Shown: one piece after another, positions 36,259 to 46,763 of the stretch | Position numbering within the stretch: the first letter of the stretch is position 1 | How the letters are laid out: each line of letters opens with the position of its first letter | DNA from: Candidatus Latescibacterota bacterium | Lineage (GTDB): Bacteria > Krumholzibacteriota > Krumholzibacteriia > WVZY01 | Direction of reading: 5' to 3' | Assembly (NCBI GenBank): GCA_963791045.1 | Contig: CAWBQK010000009.1 | Coordinates: 32,001 to 96,000, forward strand | DNA length: 64,000 nt | The notes under the pieces: generated by a model | Seen by the model: the letters and a program-made list of their open reading frames with translations, nothing else | Told to the model about the DNA's origin: nothing | The model's database searches: none | Made by a program: the position numbers and the translations under genes

Positions 36259-37944
36259 TCAGAAGAAGAATTTGACCTGAGCACATGCCACGGAAGCGGC
36301 GTTGAAGGAGCCAACGTTTGTTGCCGTCAACACATCGATGGCAAGCCTGTCCCGAAATATGAACCCAAAACCCATGTTGAGATTGAGCGTCGTGCCGTAT
36401 GTGATCTGATGGTCGGTACTCCAATACGACAGGTTTTCATCGGGTTCCGCTATCTCGAGCAGACCGATCTCTCGCTCGAGCTCCCCACTCGTGTCGAGAC
36501 GCGTTGCGCGTATCTGCGTACCGAAGCGCCAGGCCACATTGCGGTGAAGATTCCACTCCACTCCCATTGGCAAAACCAGCAGCCAGTATTCCCTCGTGTA
36601 GGCGGCCCGCTGGTTGTAGGCGGATTCATACGAGCCCGGCGTGCCCCCGCCGTCGACGGAAATGACACCCGTTCCAATGCCGTCCTCTTCAAACTCCTGG
36701 TAGTCGATCTTGGCGCGTACACCAAACGCGAATTGAAGCTTCTCTGTGATGGTGTCTATAAACGCGACGGAATGATCCGTTGAAAACCAGGTGGCGGTGC
36801 CATCCAAATCATATGACACGGCCACGGATTCTTCGTAAACGCTTACTTCGGACTCGTAGTAATCATTCTCGGTAATTCCCGTCCCGTCGCCATTTGATTC
36901 CCCCCATGAAACCCGGTGGAAGCTCCGAACACGATCGCCCCATCTAAATCCCAATCGGCCGAACAACAGGTAACTATCGTAAGAACGGGTCGCATCGTAT
37001 GTCTTATTGTTGGAACTGTAACCAGGTGTCGGGTCATCCCAGTAACCCAACCCGTTGCGGTCGTAATCTTCGTCATGGACGGCCAACAAGTAACTGTCGT
37101 TGGTGAGTCTCTCACTTTGAACGACGCCCCCGAGGACGGCCTGTGCAAAGAAGCCCGAGTTTCGAGCCAATCCCAGGGACAGTTGGGCTGTCGCCCTCTC
37201 AAAATCGCCTGTGTCGCGGTCGTAACTATAATTCCTGATCAACTCGCTGAAATCCGGAGAACCGGTGTCAATTCTCTCATCGGCCCACACCCGGCCGTAT
37301 CCCATATCGTCATAACTCGCCCTGATGCGCACTCCAACCCTCAATCCGTCGGATTGAGGATCGCCCGTTCCCAACGCGGCATCGGCAACGAAGTGATAGA
37401 GACTGGATTCCCTCCCGTTTGCATCGCCATCCAACCTCACATCGCGATTCCCGTTTCCAGACACGTTGACCTGAAGGACCTCCCAGCTTTGCAAATTGTC
37501 GTCACCTTTGGCCGCCGCTTCCAAAGAGAACGATAGCTTGGTTGATTTGGTCAACGGGGTGACAAAACCGACGGTGTATGGAGTGTAGGATCGCTGCCAT
37601 TCGTAGCGCATGTCGCCCGGAACCTTCTCGGGTGGAAGCGTTGTGCTCCCATACGACGACATTCCGGAGTTGTCGGGGTAGTAGAATGTCAAAGGTTTGA
37701 CGGGCAGACTCCCCGCGTATATCTGGCTGTCCCTCAGATCACCGACGCGCGCGGGGTTGAGGAAGGCGGCCGTTTGCGGATCATCGATGAGACCAGCGAA
37801 GCTGTCTCCAAGGGAAAAGATCCGCAATGAATAGCTGGTCTGGGCGAGAGCAGGGCCGCCAGCCACCCCGGCGATGAATACCAGCACCGCTGCGCAGAGC
37901 GATATTCGCAGAGCTTTGTTTCTGACTGAGAGGTAACGGTGCAT
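36259..37944 (-). CDS. Hypothetical outer-membrane beta-barrel protein
   Basis: Signal peptide, AFLNPA, amphipathic strands, C-terminal FFF. Confidence 0.6.
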   Translation of the reverse strand: MHRYLSVRNKALRISLCAAVLVFIAGVAGGPALAQTSYSLRIFSLGDSFAGLIDDPQTAAFLNPARVGDLRDSQIYAGSLPVKPLTFYYPDNSGMSSYGSTTLPPEKVPGDMRYEWQRSYTPYTVGFVTPLTKSTKLSFSLEAAAKGDDNLQSWEVLQVNVSGNGNRDVRLDGDANGRESSLYHFVADAALGTGDPQSDGLRVGVRIRASYDDMGYGRVWADERIDTGSPDFSELIRNYSYDRDTGDFERATAQLSLGLARNSGFFAQAVLGGVVQSERLTNDSYLLAVHDEDYDRNGLGYWDDPTPGYSSNNKTYDATRSYDSYLLFGRLGFRWGDRVRSFHRVSWGESNGDGTGITENDYYESEVSVYEESVAVSYDLDGTATWFSTDHSVAFIDTITEKLQFAFGVRAKIDYQEFEEDGIGTGVISVDGGGTPGSYESAYNQRAAYTREYWLLVLPMGVEWNLHRNVAWRFGTQIRATRLDTSGELEREIGLLEIAEPDENLSYWSTDHQITYGTTLNLNMGFGFIFRDRLAIDVLTATNVGSFNAASVACAQVKFFF

Positions 37945-38027
37945 TCAGACCCACTGATGTTACGAAAGCCACGAAAAGCCCAGCTCCGCCGTGGGGCGCG
38001 AAAAAGAAGGTGCCGGGACGTTTCGTC

Positions 38028-38056
38028 AGTATAGCGACCGCCGGATGGCGAGTCCA
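38028..38056 (-). promoter_or_regulatory. Putative sigma70 promoter
   Basis: Minus strand TGGACT-N17-TATACT. Confidence 0.4.
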
Positions 38057-38248
38057 CAAAGAAAGCTGAATTGGCCGCCCGTAATTTAAGCGAGGAAACG
38101 TTCTTCTCTCTCATCTTCACAAACTCGTCGCACATGAAAAACAAACAACGCTCTCAATCCTTCTTCATCTCGCCGAGGTCGATCGAAGAGATCTTCACCT
38201 CGAGTACGGGTTTAGACTCTCAATTCGTCACCGCAGGCTCGGCCAGAG

Positions 38249-38289
38249 AAAAACCCGTGCGGACCTTTAACGATCCACACGGGCTTTTT
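38249..38289 (-). terminator. Rho-independent terminator (A/T tracts on both sides)
   Basis: AAAAACCCGTGCGGA...TCCACACGGGCTTTTT, downstream of the lipoprotein gene. Confidence 0.7.
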
Positions 38290-38307
38290 GTCAATTCTGT
38301 CGCAAGA

Positions 38308-39198
38308 CTACGGGCAGACGATGTTGTTCTGTTGGGTGTCCCAGCAGGCCTTCTCGTAGTTGTTGTAATCCGGAACCTGAAGGCTTCCCGATCCATCGAA
38401 GTACCACGTGACGTTGTAGATCTCGGGAATCGACACGTCGGTAAGCTCGATGTAGTTCATCGCCGGAGAGTCGAAGAACACAACATTGTTGCCCTCGTCG
38501 GGGGACCCCGGATAGTTGCACAGAAGCGTCAGTTTGTGAACGTCACCAGGCAGGTTCTCCCAATCGATCCGCAGTGACTGCTCACCGGTCGTCTGCATCG
38601 CGGCCGCGGCGAGGAGAATCTCATCGGCGTTGGGTTCGTAGAACTGCCAGTAACCGGACACGTTGCTCTTCATCGCCTCACCGGTGAACCACACGAAATG
38701 ATCTAGCGGCATCTCGGGATTGTTGGTTGATACTTCCATCCGCCACACCGTGCTCACACCCGCATCCTTCCCATAGAGGAAGATGGCGTATTCGATATCA
38801 CCCTCGACAAAGATATAGGTCCACAGATAGGACCCATCATCCTGCGGCTGCGGAACCGAGTGGATGGCCAGCGCAAACGCGGCAACCGGCGGTTCGAGCG
38901 CGGCCCAGAACGTGAGCTGAATATAGAAAGCACGAACGGCTGCCTCGATGAAGTTCTGCTTGTTCGTTTCCGCAAGCGCCATCCCGTCGATGCTTCCCTT
39001 CTCCACCATCTGCGGCGTGACCTGGGCCTGATCGAAGAACGACAGGTCTACCGACATCGTCGACATGGCGGGGAGCGCGGGGGCCTGTTCTTCAACCGGC
39101 GCCGCGGGGTTATCGTCGCTGTTGCACGCCTGGACTCCCACCAGCGCGATCGCAAGAACGATGAACATTCCCGCTCTGATTGTAAGACGACTCAACAT
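38308..39198 (-). CDS. Hypothetical lipoprotein
   Basis: CAGGAGG RBS, lipobox VQAC, C-terminal ACWD..C. Confidence 0.7.
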   Translation of the reverse strand: MLSRLTIRAGMFIVLAIALVGVQACNSDDNPAAPVEEQAPALPAMSTMSVDLSFFDQAQVTPQMVEKGSIDGMALAETNKQNFIEAAVRAFYIQLTFWAALEPPVAAFALAIHSVPQPQDDGSYLWTYIFVEGDIEYAIFLYGKDAGVSTVWRMEVSTNNPEMPLDHFVWFTGEAMKSNVSGYWQFYEPNADEILLAAAAMQTTGEQSLRIDWENLPGDVHKLTLLCNYPGSPDEGNNVVFFDSPAMNYIELTDVSIPEIYNVTWYFDGSGSLQVPDYNNYEKACWDTQQNNIVCP

Positions 39199-39265
39199 TT
39201 CAAACCTCCTGGATACGTCAGCAATTTCTTTTCTTGATTTAGTCTTCTTGCTTGCCCATTGACAA

Positions 39266-39281
39266 AGCACGTTGCGTGCCA
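39266..39281 (-). promoter_or_regulatory. sigma54 (-24/-12) promoter
   Basis: TGGCACGCAACGTGCT (GG-N10-GC). Confidence 0.65.
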
Positions 39282-39413
39282 GACGCGAAAAATCATAACC
39301 CATTAATAATACATTAGTTACAAAAACGCAGTTCCGCTAAAAATAGTGATAATCGGATACAGGTGTGGCCGCCGGGCAACACCCGACGGCCACGAAGAAA
39401 GAACGAGGAGCGA

Positions 39414-40070
39414 TTAGAAAAAGTAGGACATCGAGAGGCCAAGAGAGCTCTGCGAGCCCTCCTCGTCGATCTCGGTACTGAAACTGTTTTCGCCAAAATC
39501 GATCGTGGCCTCGTTGTAGTTGATAATATTGTGGGTGAAATCAACACCCAGCCCGAAGTGCCGCGAAAAGATATAATCGAATCCGCCGCCAAATGCGATC
39601 CCACCGCCGGAGATGTCGGCCGACACACTGCCTTCATTGAGTCCAAGCCCGTATCCGCCCAACCCACCTTTGATATAGGGCCTGAACGAGTTCTCCGGGA
39701 CAAACCGGTAGACGGCAAATAGACGAACGAAGCCGATGGCGGCATCGATTCTGGGATCCGACGTTTCGTGGCCCGCGGCGCCGGCGGAGAGTTCGAGAGC
39801 GAAGACACCGTTGAAATGGTATCCGCCAATAAACTCGAAGCCACCGCCATCGTCTTTGACGAAGAACACATCGTTCTCGGCCTCATCCACGTGGAGCGAC
39901 GAACCGATAAAGCGGAGGCCAAGATAGAATCCCTTGTCCATTTTCTCTTTTTCTTCAACATCGTGCGCCAGCACGCTTGCCGGGAGCGCCGCGGCAAAGA
40001 CGAACAACGCGGTCAAACCCGCCAACAATGCTTTCCTGAAAAATCCTCTTTGAAACAAACGCGTCATCAT
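39414..40070 (-). CDS. Outer-membrane beta-barrel (OmpA-like TM/porin family)
   Basis: Signal peptide, GFYLG, FRPY, GGGFDY, C-terminal YFF. Confidence 0.78.
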   Translation of the reverse strand: MMTRLFQRGFFRKALLAGLTALFVFAAALPASVLAHDVEEKEKMDKGFYLGLRFIGSSLHVDEAENDVFFVKDDGGGFEFIGGYHFNGVFALELSAGAAGHETSDPRIDAAIGFVRLFAVYRFVPENSFRPYIKGGLGGYGLGLNEGSVSADISGGGIAFGGGFDYIFSRHFGLGVDFTHNIINYNEATIDFGENSFSTEIDEEGSQSSLGLSMSYFF

Positions 40071-40143
40071 TTCGAACACCTCTTTTTTGTTCCCGTCATC
40101 CTGACACCCGGAATCCCTCATCATGCTTGCAATATATCCATTA

Positions 40144-40159
40144 ACCAACAAACGTGCCA
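40144..40159 (-). promoter_or_regulatory. sigma54-like promoter (variant -12)
   Basis: TGGCACGTTTGTTGGT. Confidence 0.5.
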
Positions 40160-40272
40160 TATTCGTCATGTTTTCGTAAATTCATAACCCTCTATTCTAC
40201 AACCAGTTACTCGACCACAACTCGATCCGGGCATTGTGATTGAGTGTGCCTTCCAATCACACACCGTGTCGT

Positions 40273-41667
40273 TCATTCACGCTCACCCTTGGTAATCTCA
40301 AGGGTCTTCATCTTTTTGTGGAGGTTGGTTCGCTCGAGTCCAAGCTCGTCCGCCGAGCGCGACACATTCCAATCGTTTCTCTCGAGAGTTTTCATTATTA
40401 ACTCACGCTCGAACCGCCGCCGCGCCTCCTGGAGCGGAACACCCAGATCCGCCGATGGCAAACCCGGGGCCGACTCCCGATCGCCACCTCCCACCACGGC
40501 ATTACCCATACGGATCTCGACACTGAGGTCACCGGCACTCAAGACTCCCCCGGCGGCCATAATCGCCATCCGTTCGACCTGGTTTTTGAGTTCCCTCACG
40601 TTGCCCGGCCACGGATATCTGACGAGTAGATCCATCGCCTCCGGATCGATCATTTTTCGCGGCATGTCGTACTGTTCGCAATACTCGTCCAGAAAAGTCT
40701 GCGCGAGGTACGGGATGTCGTCGGGTCGGGAACGAAGCGGCGGCGCCATAATCGGCACCACATTCAGACGAAAATAGAGATCCTCTCTAACACGGCCCGC
40801 GGCAACCTCCGCCGGCAGATCTTTGTTGGTCGCCGTGATCACACGAACATTCACTTTGATGACTTTGCTGCTCCCCACCTTCTCAATTTCGCCTTCCTGG
40901 AGCGCGCGGAGGACCTTGGTCTGGACACGAAGACTCATGTCGGCGACCTCGTCGAGAAAAAGCGTTCCACCATCGGCCGCCTCGAACTTGCCCTTTCGCC
41001 GCTCGGTCGCGCCGGTGTATGCGCCCTTCTCGCTTCCAAACAACTCCGCTTCGATAAGTTCCTCGGGAATCGCCGCGCAGTTGACTTTGATAAACGCGCG
41101 CCCCTTGCGCCGGCTCCTGTCGTGGATCGCCTGCGCGAGAAGTTCCTTTCCCGTCCCCGATTCACCCAGGACGAGAACCCTCGCGTCGGTCGGCGCCACC
41201 TTGTCGATCTGAGCGAGGATCTTTTTGACCTCCGGGCATCTTCCGAGAAACTCGCGCCGCCCCAACACCTTTTTCTTCAACATGATGTTTTCGCGTGCGA
41301 GTGTGCGTCTCTCGAGGGCATTCTTCGACGTGAGCAGAATCTTTTCCTTGCCGCAGTCTTTTTCGAGAAAATCAAACGCGCCGAGCTTGACCGCTTCTAC
41401 GGCCCGTTCGATCGAACCCTGCCCCGTAAGGATAACCACGATCTGGTCGGGGAGCCGTTTTTTGATTTCAGCGAGACCTTCGATTCCGTCGCGACCGGGC
41501 ATGGAGAGATCCATAAAGATCACGTCAAACGCCTCGTCGGAAAGTATCGCCAGCGCCTCGTCCACGTCTCCCGCCGTCCGGGTGTCCCACCCGGCATTCT
41601 GATGGATCATTTCGAGGGTGCGCCGTATGTTTTTTTCGTCGTCGACGATCAGCACGCGTCCGGCCAT
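40273..41667 (-). CDS. sigma54-dependent response regulator (NtrX/NtrC-like)
   Basis: Receiver VLIVDD; GESGTGKE, GAYTGA, LFLDEV, WPGNVREL; Fis-type HTH. Confidence 0.92.
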   Translation of the reverse strand: MAGRVLIVDDEKNIRRTLEMIHQNAGWDTRTAGDVDEALAILSDEAFDVIFMDLSMPGRDGIEGLAEIKKRLPDQIVVILTGQGSIERAVEAVKLGAFDFLEKDCGKEKILLTSKNALERRTLARENIMLKKKVLGRREFLGRCPEVKKILAQIDKVAPTDARVLVLGESGTGKELLAQAIHDRSRRKGRAFIKVNCAAIPEELIEAELFGSEKGAYTGATERRKGKFEAADGGTLFLDEVADMSLRVQTKVLRALQEGEIEKVGSSKVIKVNVRVITATNKDLPAEVAAGRVREDLYFRLNVVPIMAPPLRSRPDDIPYLAQTFLDEYCEQYDMPRKMIDPEAMDLLVRYPWPGNVRELKNQVERMAIMAAGGVLSAGDLSVEIRMGNAVVGGGDRESAPGLPSADLGVPLQEARRRFERELIMKTLERNDWNVSRSADELGLERTNLHKKMKTLEITKGERE

Positions 41668-41707
41668 TTTCACAGCTCCTGTTATTGTTTCATTCGATAC
41701 TGAGTTG

Positions 41708-43270
41708 TCACTCCGACCCACCGCCAGGCACAGAACCGCCAGCCGGCAAGATGATCTTGAATGTGGTCCCCTGCCCTCTCCCGCTTTCCACGTCTATTGT
41801 TCCGCCGTGCAAGAGAATAATGTTTTTGACCATCGCAAGCCCGAGTCCGCTTCCTTCTTCTTTTGTCGTGAAGTACGGATCAAAGATTTTTGCGCGGTGT
41901 GTCTCGTCTACTCCAGAACCGTTGTCCGATACCATCAAAGCAAAATCATCGCGTTCGCGTGTCAGCCGGACACGGATGGCCGGGTCATTGACGTCCCTAA
42001 CGGCGGCCACGGCATTGTCAAGAAGGTTGACGAGAACGCGCCGCATTTGATCCGGGTCGAACGCAAATTCACCAATCCCCGGCTCGACACTCAGCTCGAT
42101 CCCCCGTTGTGCATAGAGTCCCACGACATCGTGGGCAAGGGCGTCAAACGAAGACCGCCTCGGGTTGATGTCGGGCATCCGCGCGAACGACGAGAACTCC
42201 TTTACGAGCCTTTGGAGATGATCGAGTTCTTCGCCGACCACATGGGCGCTTTCTTCAACGAGTTTTTTATAACGCGGGTCGTCACCGTCGTACTGGTCTT
42301 TGAGTTCTTCCACGGTCAGACGGATCGGGAGCAGCGGGTTTTTGATTTCGTGCGCGAGGTGACGCGCCATGTCACGCCACGTAGCCATTCTTTCCATATC
42401 GATGAGACGTCGCTGCTGCCCGTCGAGCCGGGACACCATTGAATTGAAAGCGTCAACGAGCCGCCCAACTTCACCACCCGAACGCTCCTTTAGCCGGAAT
42501 GTCCAGTCACCGGCGGCAACGGCGTCGGCGCCCGCGGCGAGACGCCGGATCGGGTTCGCCATCCTCTCAGCCATAAAAAGCGCCACAAGAAGCGCCAGCA
42601 CCAGAATCACACTGTAAATAATGATAAACGGATAAAAAAAGCTCCGTTTCAAAGTCGGCCTGGTCAATCGGAGCTCGGCAAAGATCTGCCGGCCGCCGAT
42701 GAGTCGGTTGGCATCGTAGAGAAACGCCGGATCCATTTTTGAAAAAAAGATCGCGGCGCCTGGGTCCGAACCAGCGCCGGAGTCGGAAGACGGATACCAG
42801 GCGGCCAGCTGGATCGCCCGGTCCTCGGTATCAAGAAACATGATGTCATCCCGGGACACCGATACGTCTGCCCGTTCGATGAGACCCGTTCCATCGACGA
42901 GATCGAGAAATTCGGGGGTCCTGGTGATCCACCGCGGCGATGTCGGCGCGTCATCGCCCGATCCAAATTCGATAAACACGCAGTGGAGCGTATCGCCTGC
43001 CGACGAGACGACCCCGCCGTCGGACCGCTCTCTTTCCCCCGCCTCAACCCGGTCGACGACATTCACAACCTGTCGCTCGAAGTCCTTGTGGATCCGCAAG
43101 AGGTGCGCGCGCGCCACGGCCGACCCGCTCTTCAGAGCCTCTTCAACCGTCGTGTTCAAACCGACATCAAAACTTTTTTCAAGGAGAGTCTGAACGAGCA
43201 TCGATAGCGGAATCGCCGGCAACAGCGACACCACGAGACACAGGACCACCAGGCGAATGCGTATCGACAT
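41708..43270 (-). CDS. NtrY-like HAMP sensor histidine kinase
   Basis: Two TM helices, HAMP, ARHLAHEIKNPL, NLLDNA, DNGSG, GLGL. Confidence 0.9.
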   Translation of the reverse strand: MSIRIRLVVLCLVVSLLPAIPLSMLVQTLLEKSFDVGLNTTVEEALKSGSAVARAHLLRIHKDFERQVVNVVDRVEAGERERSDGGVVSSAGDTLHCVFIEFGSGDDAPTSPRWITRTPEFLDLVDGTGLIERADVSVSRDDIMFLDTEDRAIQLAAWYPSSDSGAGSDPGAAIFFSKMDPAFLYDANRLIGGRQIFAELRLTRPTLKRSFFYPFIIIYSVILVLALLVALFMAERMANPIRRLAAGADAVAAGDWTFRLKERSGGEVGRLVDAFNSMVSRLDGQQRRLIDMERMATWRDMARHLAHEIKNPLLPIRLTVEELKDQYDGDDPRYKKLVEESAHVVGEELDHLQRLVKEFSSFARMPDINPRRSSFDALAHDVVGLYAQRGIELSVEPGIGEFAFDPDQMRRVLVNLLDNAVAAVRDVNDPAIRVRLTRERDDFALMVSDNGSGVDETHRAKIFDPYFTTKEEGSGLGLAMVKNIILLHGGTIDVESGRGQGTTFKIILPAGGSVPGGGSE

Positions 43271-43947
43271 CAGCGCTTCACCTCCACTCCGACAGGCAGC
43301 AACTGTGGGTCAAAAAACTCGGTGCGATACCAGGAACTCCGATTGGCGGAATTCTCCTCGCGTGAAAAGAAGTGGCTTATGAGATCGTTGAGATTCAGCA
43401 CCTGCTCGTGCCATGATTCCTGATCGCCGCCCTGGACGTTGGCGCCGACCCATCCGGCGATCCGTTGCTGATCGCGGCTCCGCAGCGGGTGCACGGCAAT
43501 GCTGAACTTCACCGCGTATTCCGTTCCGGCCGCGGCGTTTTCGACCGGGGCCACAGCCAGTCCCCTCAGGTGCTCCATGGCGTCGATCATTTCCGAGAGC
43601 GTGGAATAGCGCCGTGTTGAATCCACGCTTTCCACAATATAGAAATCATCCCATACATCGTAGCGGAGTTCGAAGGTGTGTAGTCCGCCGCCGAGCAGTT
43701 TGTCGTTCTTGTTGACGAGGTTGTAGAGGACCTCGACAACGGCGGGAAGACCACTTTGCACGGTTCCAACGATTTGATCGGAGAAGAGGCCATCGCTCGT
43801 CACGTCACTCACAATAACGCCGTCGACCACGGACATCGAAGCGCTGCGGATCACGGGACGTTCTCCGGACCCGGCGCCGTACACGGGCGCCCAAAACAGC
43901 ATGAGAATGCTGACAAACGTGGGGAATGCCGATTTGCATACCGTCAT
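43270..43947 (-). CDS. DUF4390-like periplasmic protein
   Basis: VQSGLP, LRYDVW; coupled directly upstream of the NtrY-like kinase. Confidence 0.6.
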   Translation of the reverse strand: MTVCKSAFPTFVSILMLFWAPVYGAGSGERPVIRSASMSVVDGVIVSDVTSDGLFSDQIVGTVQSGLPAVVEVLYNLVNKNDKLLGGGLHTFELRYDVWDDFYIVESVDSTRRYSTLSEMIDAMEHLRGLAVAPVENAAAGTEYAVKFSIAVHPLRSRDQQRIAGWVGANVQGGDQESWHEQVLNLNDLISHFFSREENSANRSSWYRTEFFDPQLLPVGVEVKR

Positions 43948-43969
43948 GCGAGTGAGTAAGAACCTCGCT

Positions 43970-45373
43970 TTAATACGAGAAACCCAACAACAAATGAATC
44001 CTGAACGGATCTCCGGTCCGGCCCTCGGACAGAGGTACACCAACATCGAGACCGAGCGTGCCCAGCCAGGGCATGCCCAGGCGGACACCGTATCCAACCG
44101 CCGATTCAACATTACGGAATGAGAAGGACTCATCCCGCTGCCAACCCTGTCCCGCGTCAAAAAAGAAAAGTCCGGTGAGTCGCGGCTGCGGTCCGTGCGA
44201 GCCTATGAGCGGCGTTCTGATTTCAGTATTGATAAGCCAGAAGCCGTCGTTGCCTTCGGCCGGCGACAGGCTCCACTCGTCGAATCCGCGGATTGTGTAG
44301 TTGCCGCCAATGTAAAACCGGTCGTAGTAAGGCGCGTCGCCCGTAACCGCCCCCACCTTCATGCGGGAAGACCAGACCGTTCTTTCCCCGAGTGAGATGT
44401 GTTTGCGAACATCACCCACAACTTTTGTGAAAATCCTGTCGCCGCCGAGAAACGTATCGTTTATCTGGAGGGTCAAAAGCGAGAACGAACCCGAAAGCGG
44501 GTACGCATCGGAATCCCGTGTATCGCGGATCACACGGAAGAAAGCGCCGGTCGTAAGAGTTTTGCCGAGATCATCCTGAAGGGCGGTGGGAAGATCTTCG
44601 GGCGGGAAGTCTTCATCCTCCGACGAGTCGGTGAAAGTGCTGTCGGGTTCACTCGATTCGACATGGAGCCCCATTGAAAATCGTGTCGCACGGCCGACCT
44701 GGTACCGCAATGCAGCCTCCGCGCCGGCCCGCGTAATATCCTGGGTGTAGCGCCGCCAGTCGCTTCCCTGCCATGACGGGCTGCTACCAAAAAAGATGTG
44801 ATTCTGATTGTAAATATGACCACGGATGGAGTACCCGATGCCGCCGCTCTGAGGTATCGGCGTTTCCCATTCGGCGTCGACCCCCGCAATACGAAATCCC
44901 AATCGAAGCCCCAGCCGGAAACGCGATTCGATCCCAAACGCGTTGTCCATTCGAAGACCGAGGAGTGTCAAGAACCAGCCGTAGAGATCGTCGTAACCGA
45001 AACCCGTTTCAAACGACAGGAGCGACCGCTCGCTCACCGCTACGATGAGAACGACCTTGCCGCGCTCGCCTCCCGGACGCGTCGAAAGCTCGACGGCTGA
45101 GAAATATTCAGTGGCAATCAAACGCTCCCGGGCACCGTCCAGGCGATTGACATCGATCTCGTCACCAGGTTCGATATTGATATATCGACGGATGATCTTC
45201 TCAGGCGTTCTGTTGTTGCCGGTGATTTCAATCGACTCGAGACGCAGGACCCGCTCGTCCGACGAATCGCCAACGAGCGAATCCGCGGATGCGTCGGAAG
45301 CCTGAACCGCCCAGGCGATCCCGCCACACAGAAAGACCACAGCGGCTGCGAGCAGGGCGAGGCCGGTTTTCAT
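43970..45373 (-). CDS. BamA/TamA (Omp85) family protein with a single POTRA domain
   Basis: IEITGNNRT POTRA, DTRD, FYIGG..IRGF, GYGVR. Start uncertain (45373 or 45391). Confidence 0.85.
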   Translation of the reverse strand: MKTGLALLAAAVVFLCGGIAWAVQASDASADSLVGDSSDERVLRLESIEITGNNRTPEKIIRRYINIEPGDEIDVNRLDGARERLIATEYFSAVELSTRPGGERGKVVLIVAVSERSLLSFETGFGYDDLYGWFLTLLGLRMDNAFGIESRFRLGLRLGFRIAGVDAEWETPIPQSGGIGYSIRGHIYNQNHIFFGSSPSWQGSDWRRYTQDITRAGAEAALRYQVGRATRFSMGLHVESSEPDSTFTDSSEDEDFPPEDLPTALQDDLGKTLTTGAFFRVIRDTRDSDAYPLSGSFSLLTLQINDTFLGGDRIFTKVVGDVRKHISLGERTVWSSRMKVGAVTGDAPYYDRFYIGGNYTIRGFDEWSLSPAEGNDGFWLINTEIRTPLIGSHGPQPRLTGLFFFDAGQGWQRDESFSFRNVESAVGYGVRLGMPWLGTLGLDVGVPLSEGRTGDPFRIHLLLGFSY

Positions 45374-45404
45374 GAGTACATAATTGCGCATAAATCCCTG
45401 ATAT

Positions 45405-45420
45405 CGCAAGGGTTATGCCA
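45405..45420 (-). promoter_or_regulatory. sigma54 (-24/-12) promoter
   Basis: TGGCATAACCCTTGCG, canonical spacing. Confidence 0.7.
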
Positions 45421-45605
45421 TCCATGGGCACGACGCAAAAACCACGTAACTTAATTTCCTTTAATGACTTATAAATCGAGCGGGCGGGGACGTCAATCAC
45501 CATTCGCCCAATAGTGTGAAAAATATACACACCTGCGTGCGGAGGTGGAACGGTGGCTTTTTGACCGGGAGAAGGACCTCCCGGTGCGGGCGGCCCGGGA
45601 TGATT

Positions 45606-46580
45606 TCAACCGTTTTTGGCTTTGCCGCCATCGTCGGAGGGATAGCGCGACTCCATCGATGTCAGAAAGCGAACGCCGTAGCGCTCGACGACCTGAACAC
45701 GACCCATCCGCGAAAGCTCGGCGAGCGCGTCATCGACCTGGTCTTCCGACCACCTCGCCAGCGCCCGTTTTATTTCGTCCTCGCGGGTCGGATGCCGGCT
45801 GACGATATCAGTAATCGCGTCGACCACCGAGTCGAAACCGGCGAGATCGAGATCCACCGCGGCGGGATGGACAACATTTGCCGTGTCGCCAAGAATGGCC
45901 AGCGCGCGCAGAAGACCATCTTCACCGGGCGGTTCAATCCACGTCTCGGCGGGTGGCCGCGATGGAAGATTGATGTGGACGAGATCGGGACTCAACCGCC
46001 GGAGAATACCGGCGATGTCGCGGAGTGCCTCTTCGGTATCGTTCAAGTCTCTCATCAGCATCACTTCGGGCCAGAACTTCCCCTGGTAATCCGCGCGAAA
46101 GGCTACGAGCCCCTCGACATACGCTTCAAACGAAGTCCCGGGATGCGGCCGGTTAATCTTTTTGAACATCTCGGGGGACCCCGCATCGATCGAAGGCATC
46201 ACGGCATCCACACCGAGAATTGCCACCCGGACTTCAGGAATCGAGAGCAGCGCCCCATTGGTGAACATCGCCACGGGTATATCGGTCTTCTCTTTGAGTC
46301 GGTCTACGAGTTCACCGATGTGTAAATGGAGGAGAGATTCACCAGACCCCACAATCGACACCCAATCGATATCGCCCGGCTTGTGTTTATTGAGGGCGGA
46401 CTCGAACTCGGCGATCATGTCGTCGACCGGCGCGTAGTCTTTGCGATCGTTCACGAGCGGCGTGCTCCGCCCCAACTGGCAGTACACACAGTTCCAGTTG
46501 CAGGTCTTCATCGGAATGGGGTCAATGCCGAGCGACTTTCCCAGTCGCCGCGACGGCACGGGACCAAACACATATTTCAT
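45606..46580 (-). CDS. Radical SAM protein (COG0731-like)
   Basis: FGPVPSRRLGKSLGI, CNWNCVYC. Confidence 0.88.
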   Translation of the reverse strand: MKYVFGPVPSRRLGKSLGIDPIPMKTCNWNCVYCQLGRSTPLVNDRKDYAPVDDMIAEFESALNKHKPGDIDWVSIVGSGESLLHLHIGELVDRLKEKTDIPVAMFTNGALLSIPEVRVAILGVDAVMPSIDAGSPEMFKKINRPHPGTSFEAYVEGLVAFRADYQGKFWPEVMLMRDLNDTEEALRDIAGILRRLSPDLVHINLPSRPPAETWIEPPGEDGLLRALAILGDTANVVHPAAVDLDLAGFDSVVDAITDIVSRHPTREDEIKRALARWSEDQVDDALAELSRMGRVQVVERYGVRFLTSMESRYPSDDGGKAKNG

Positions 46581-46763
46581 CGGTCATCTCCCAACTGATT
46601 GTTGCAGTCGAAGCGGCGGCACGAGTCTGCCCTTAATTGCCCCCGAGTATAGTACGTCGAATAGACCCGAAGCAACCCCAGGCACGGGCCTTCGGCAATT
46701 CGCGCTGGACGCGGCCGCCAAGGAAAAGCGACAATGACACAACCTCCAACCTGAGAATAAATA

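Noticed and set aside
38060-38225. Possible minus-strand gene remnant (KPVLEVKISSIDLGEMKKD)
   Set aside because: Too short, no convincing start or family match.
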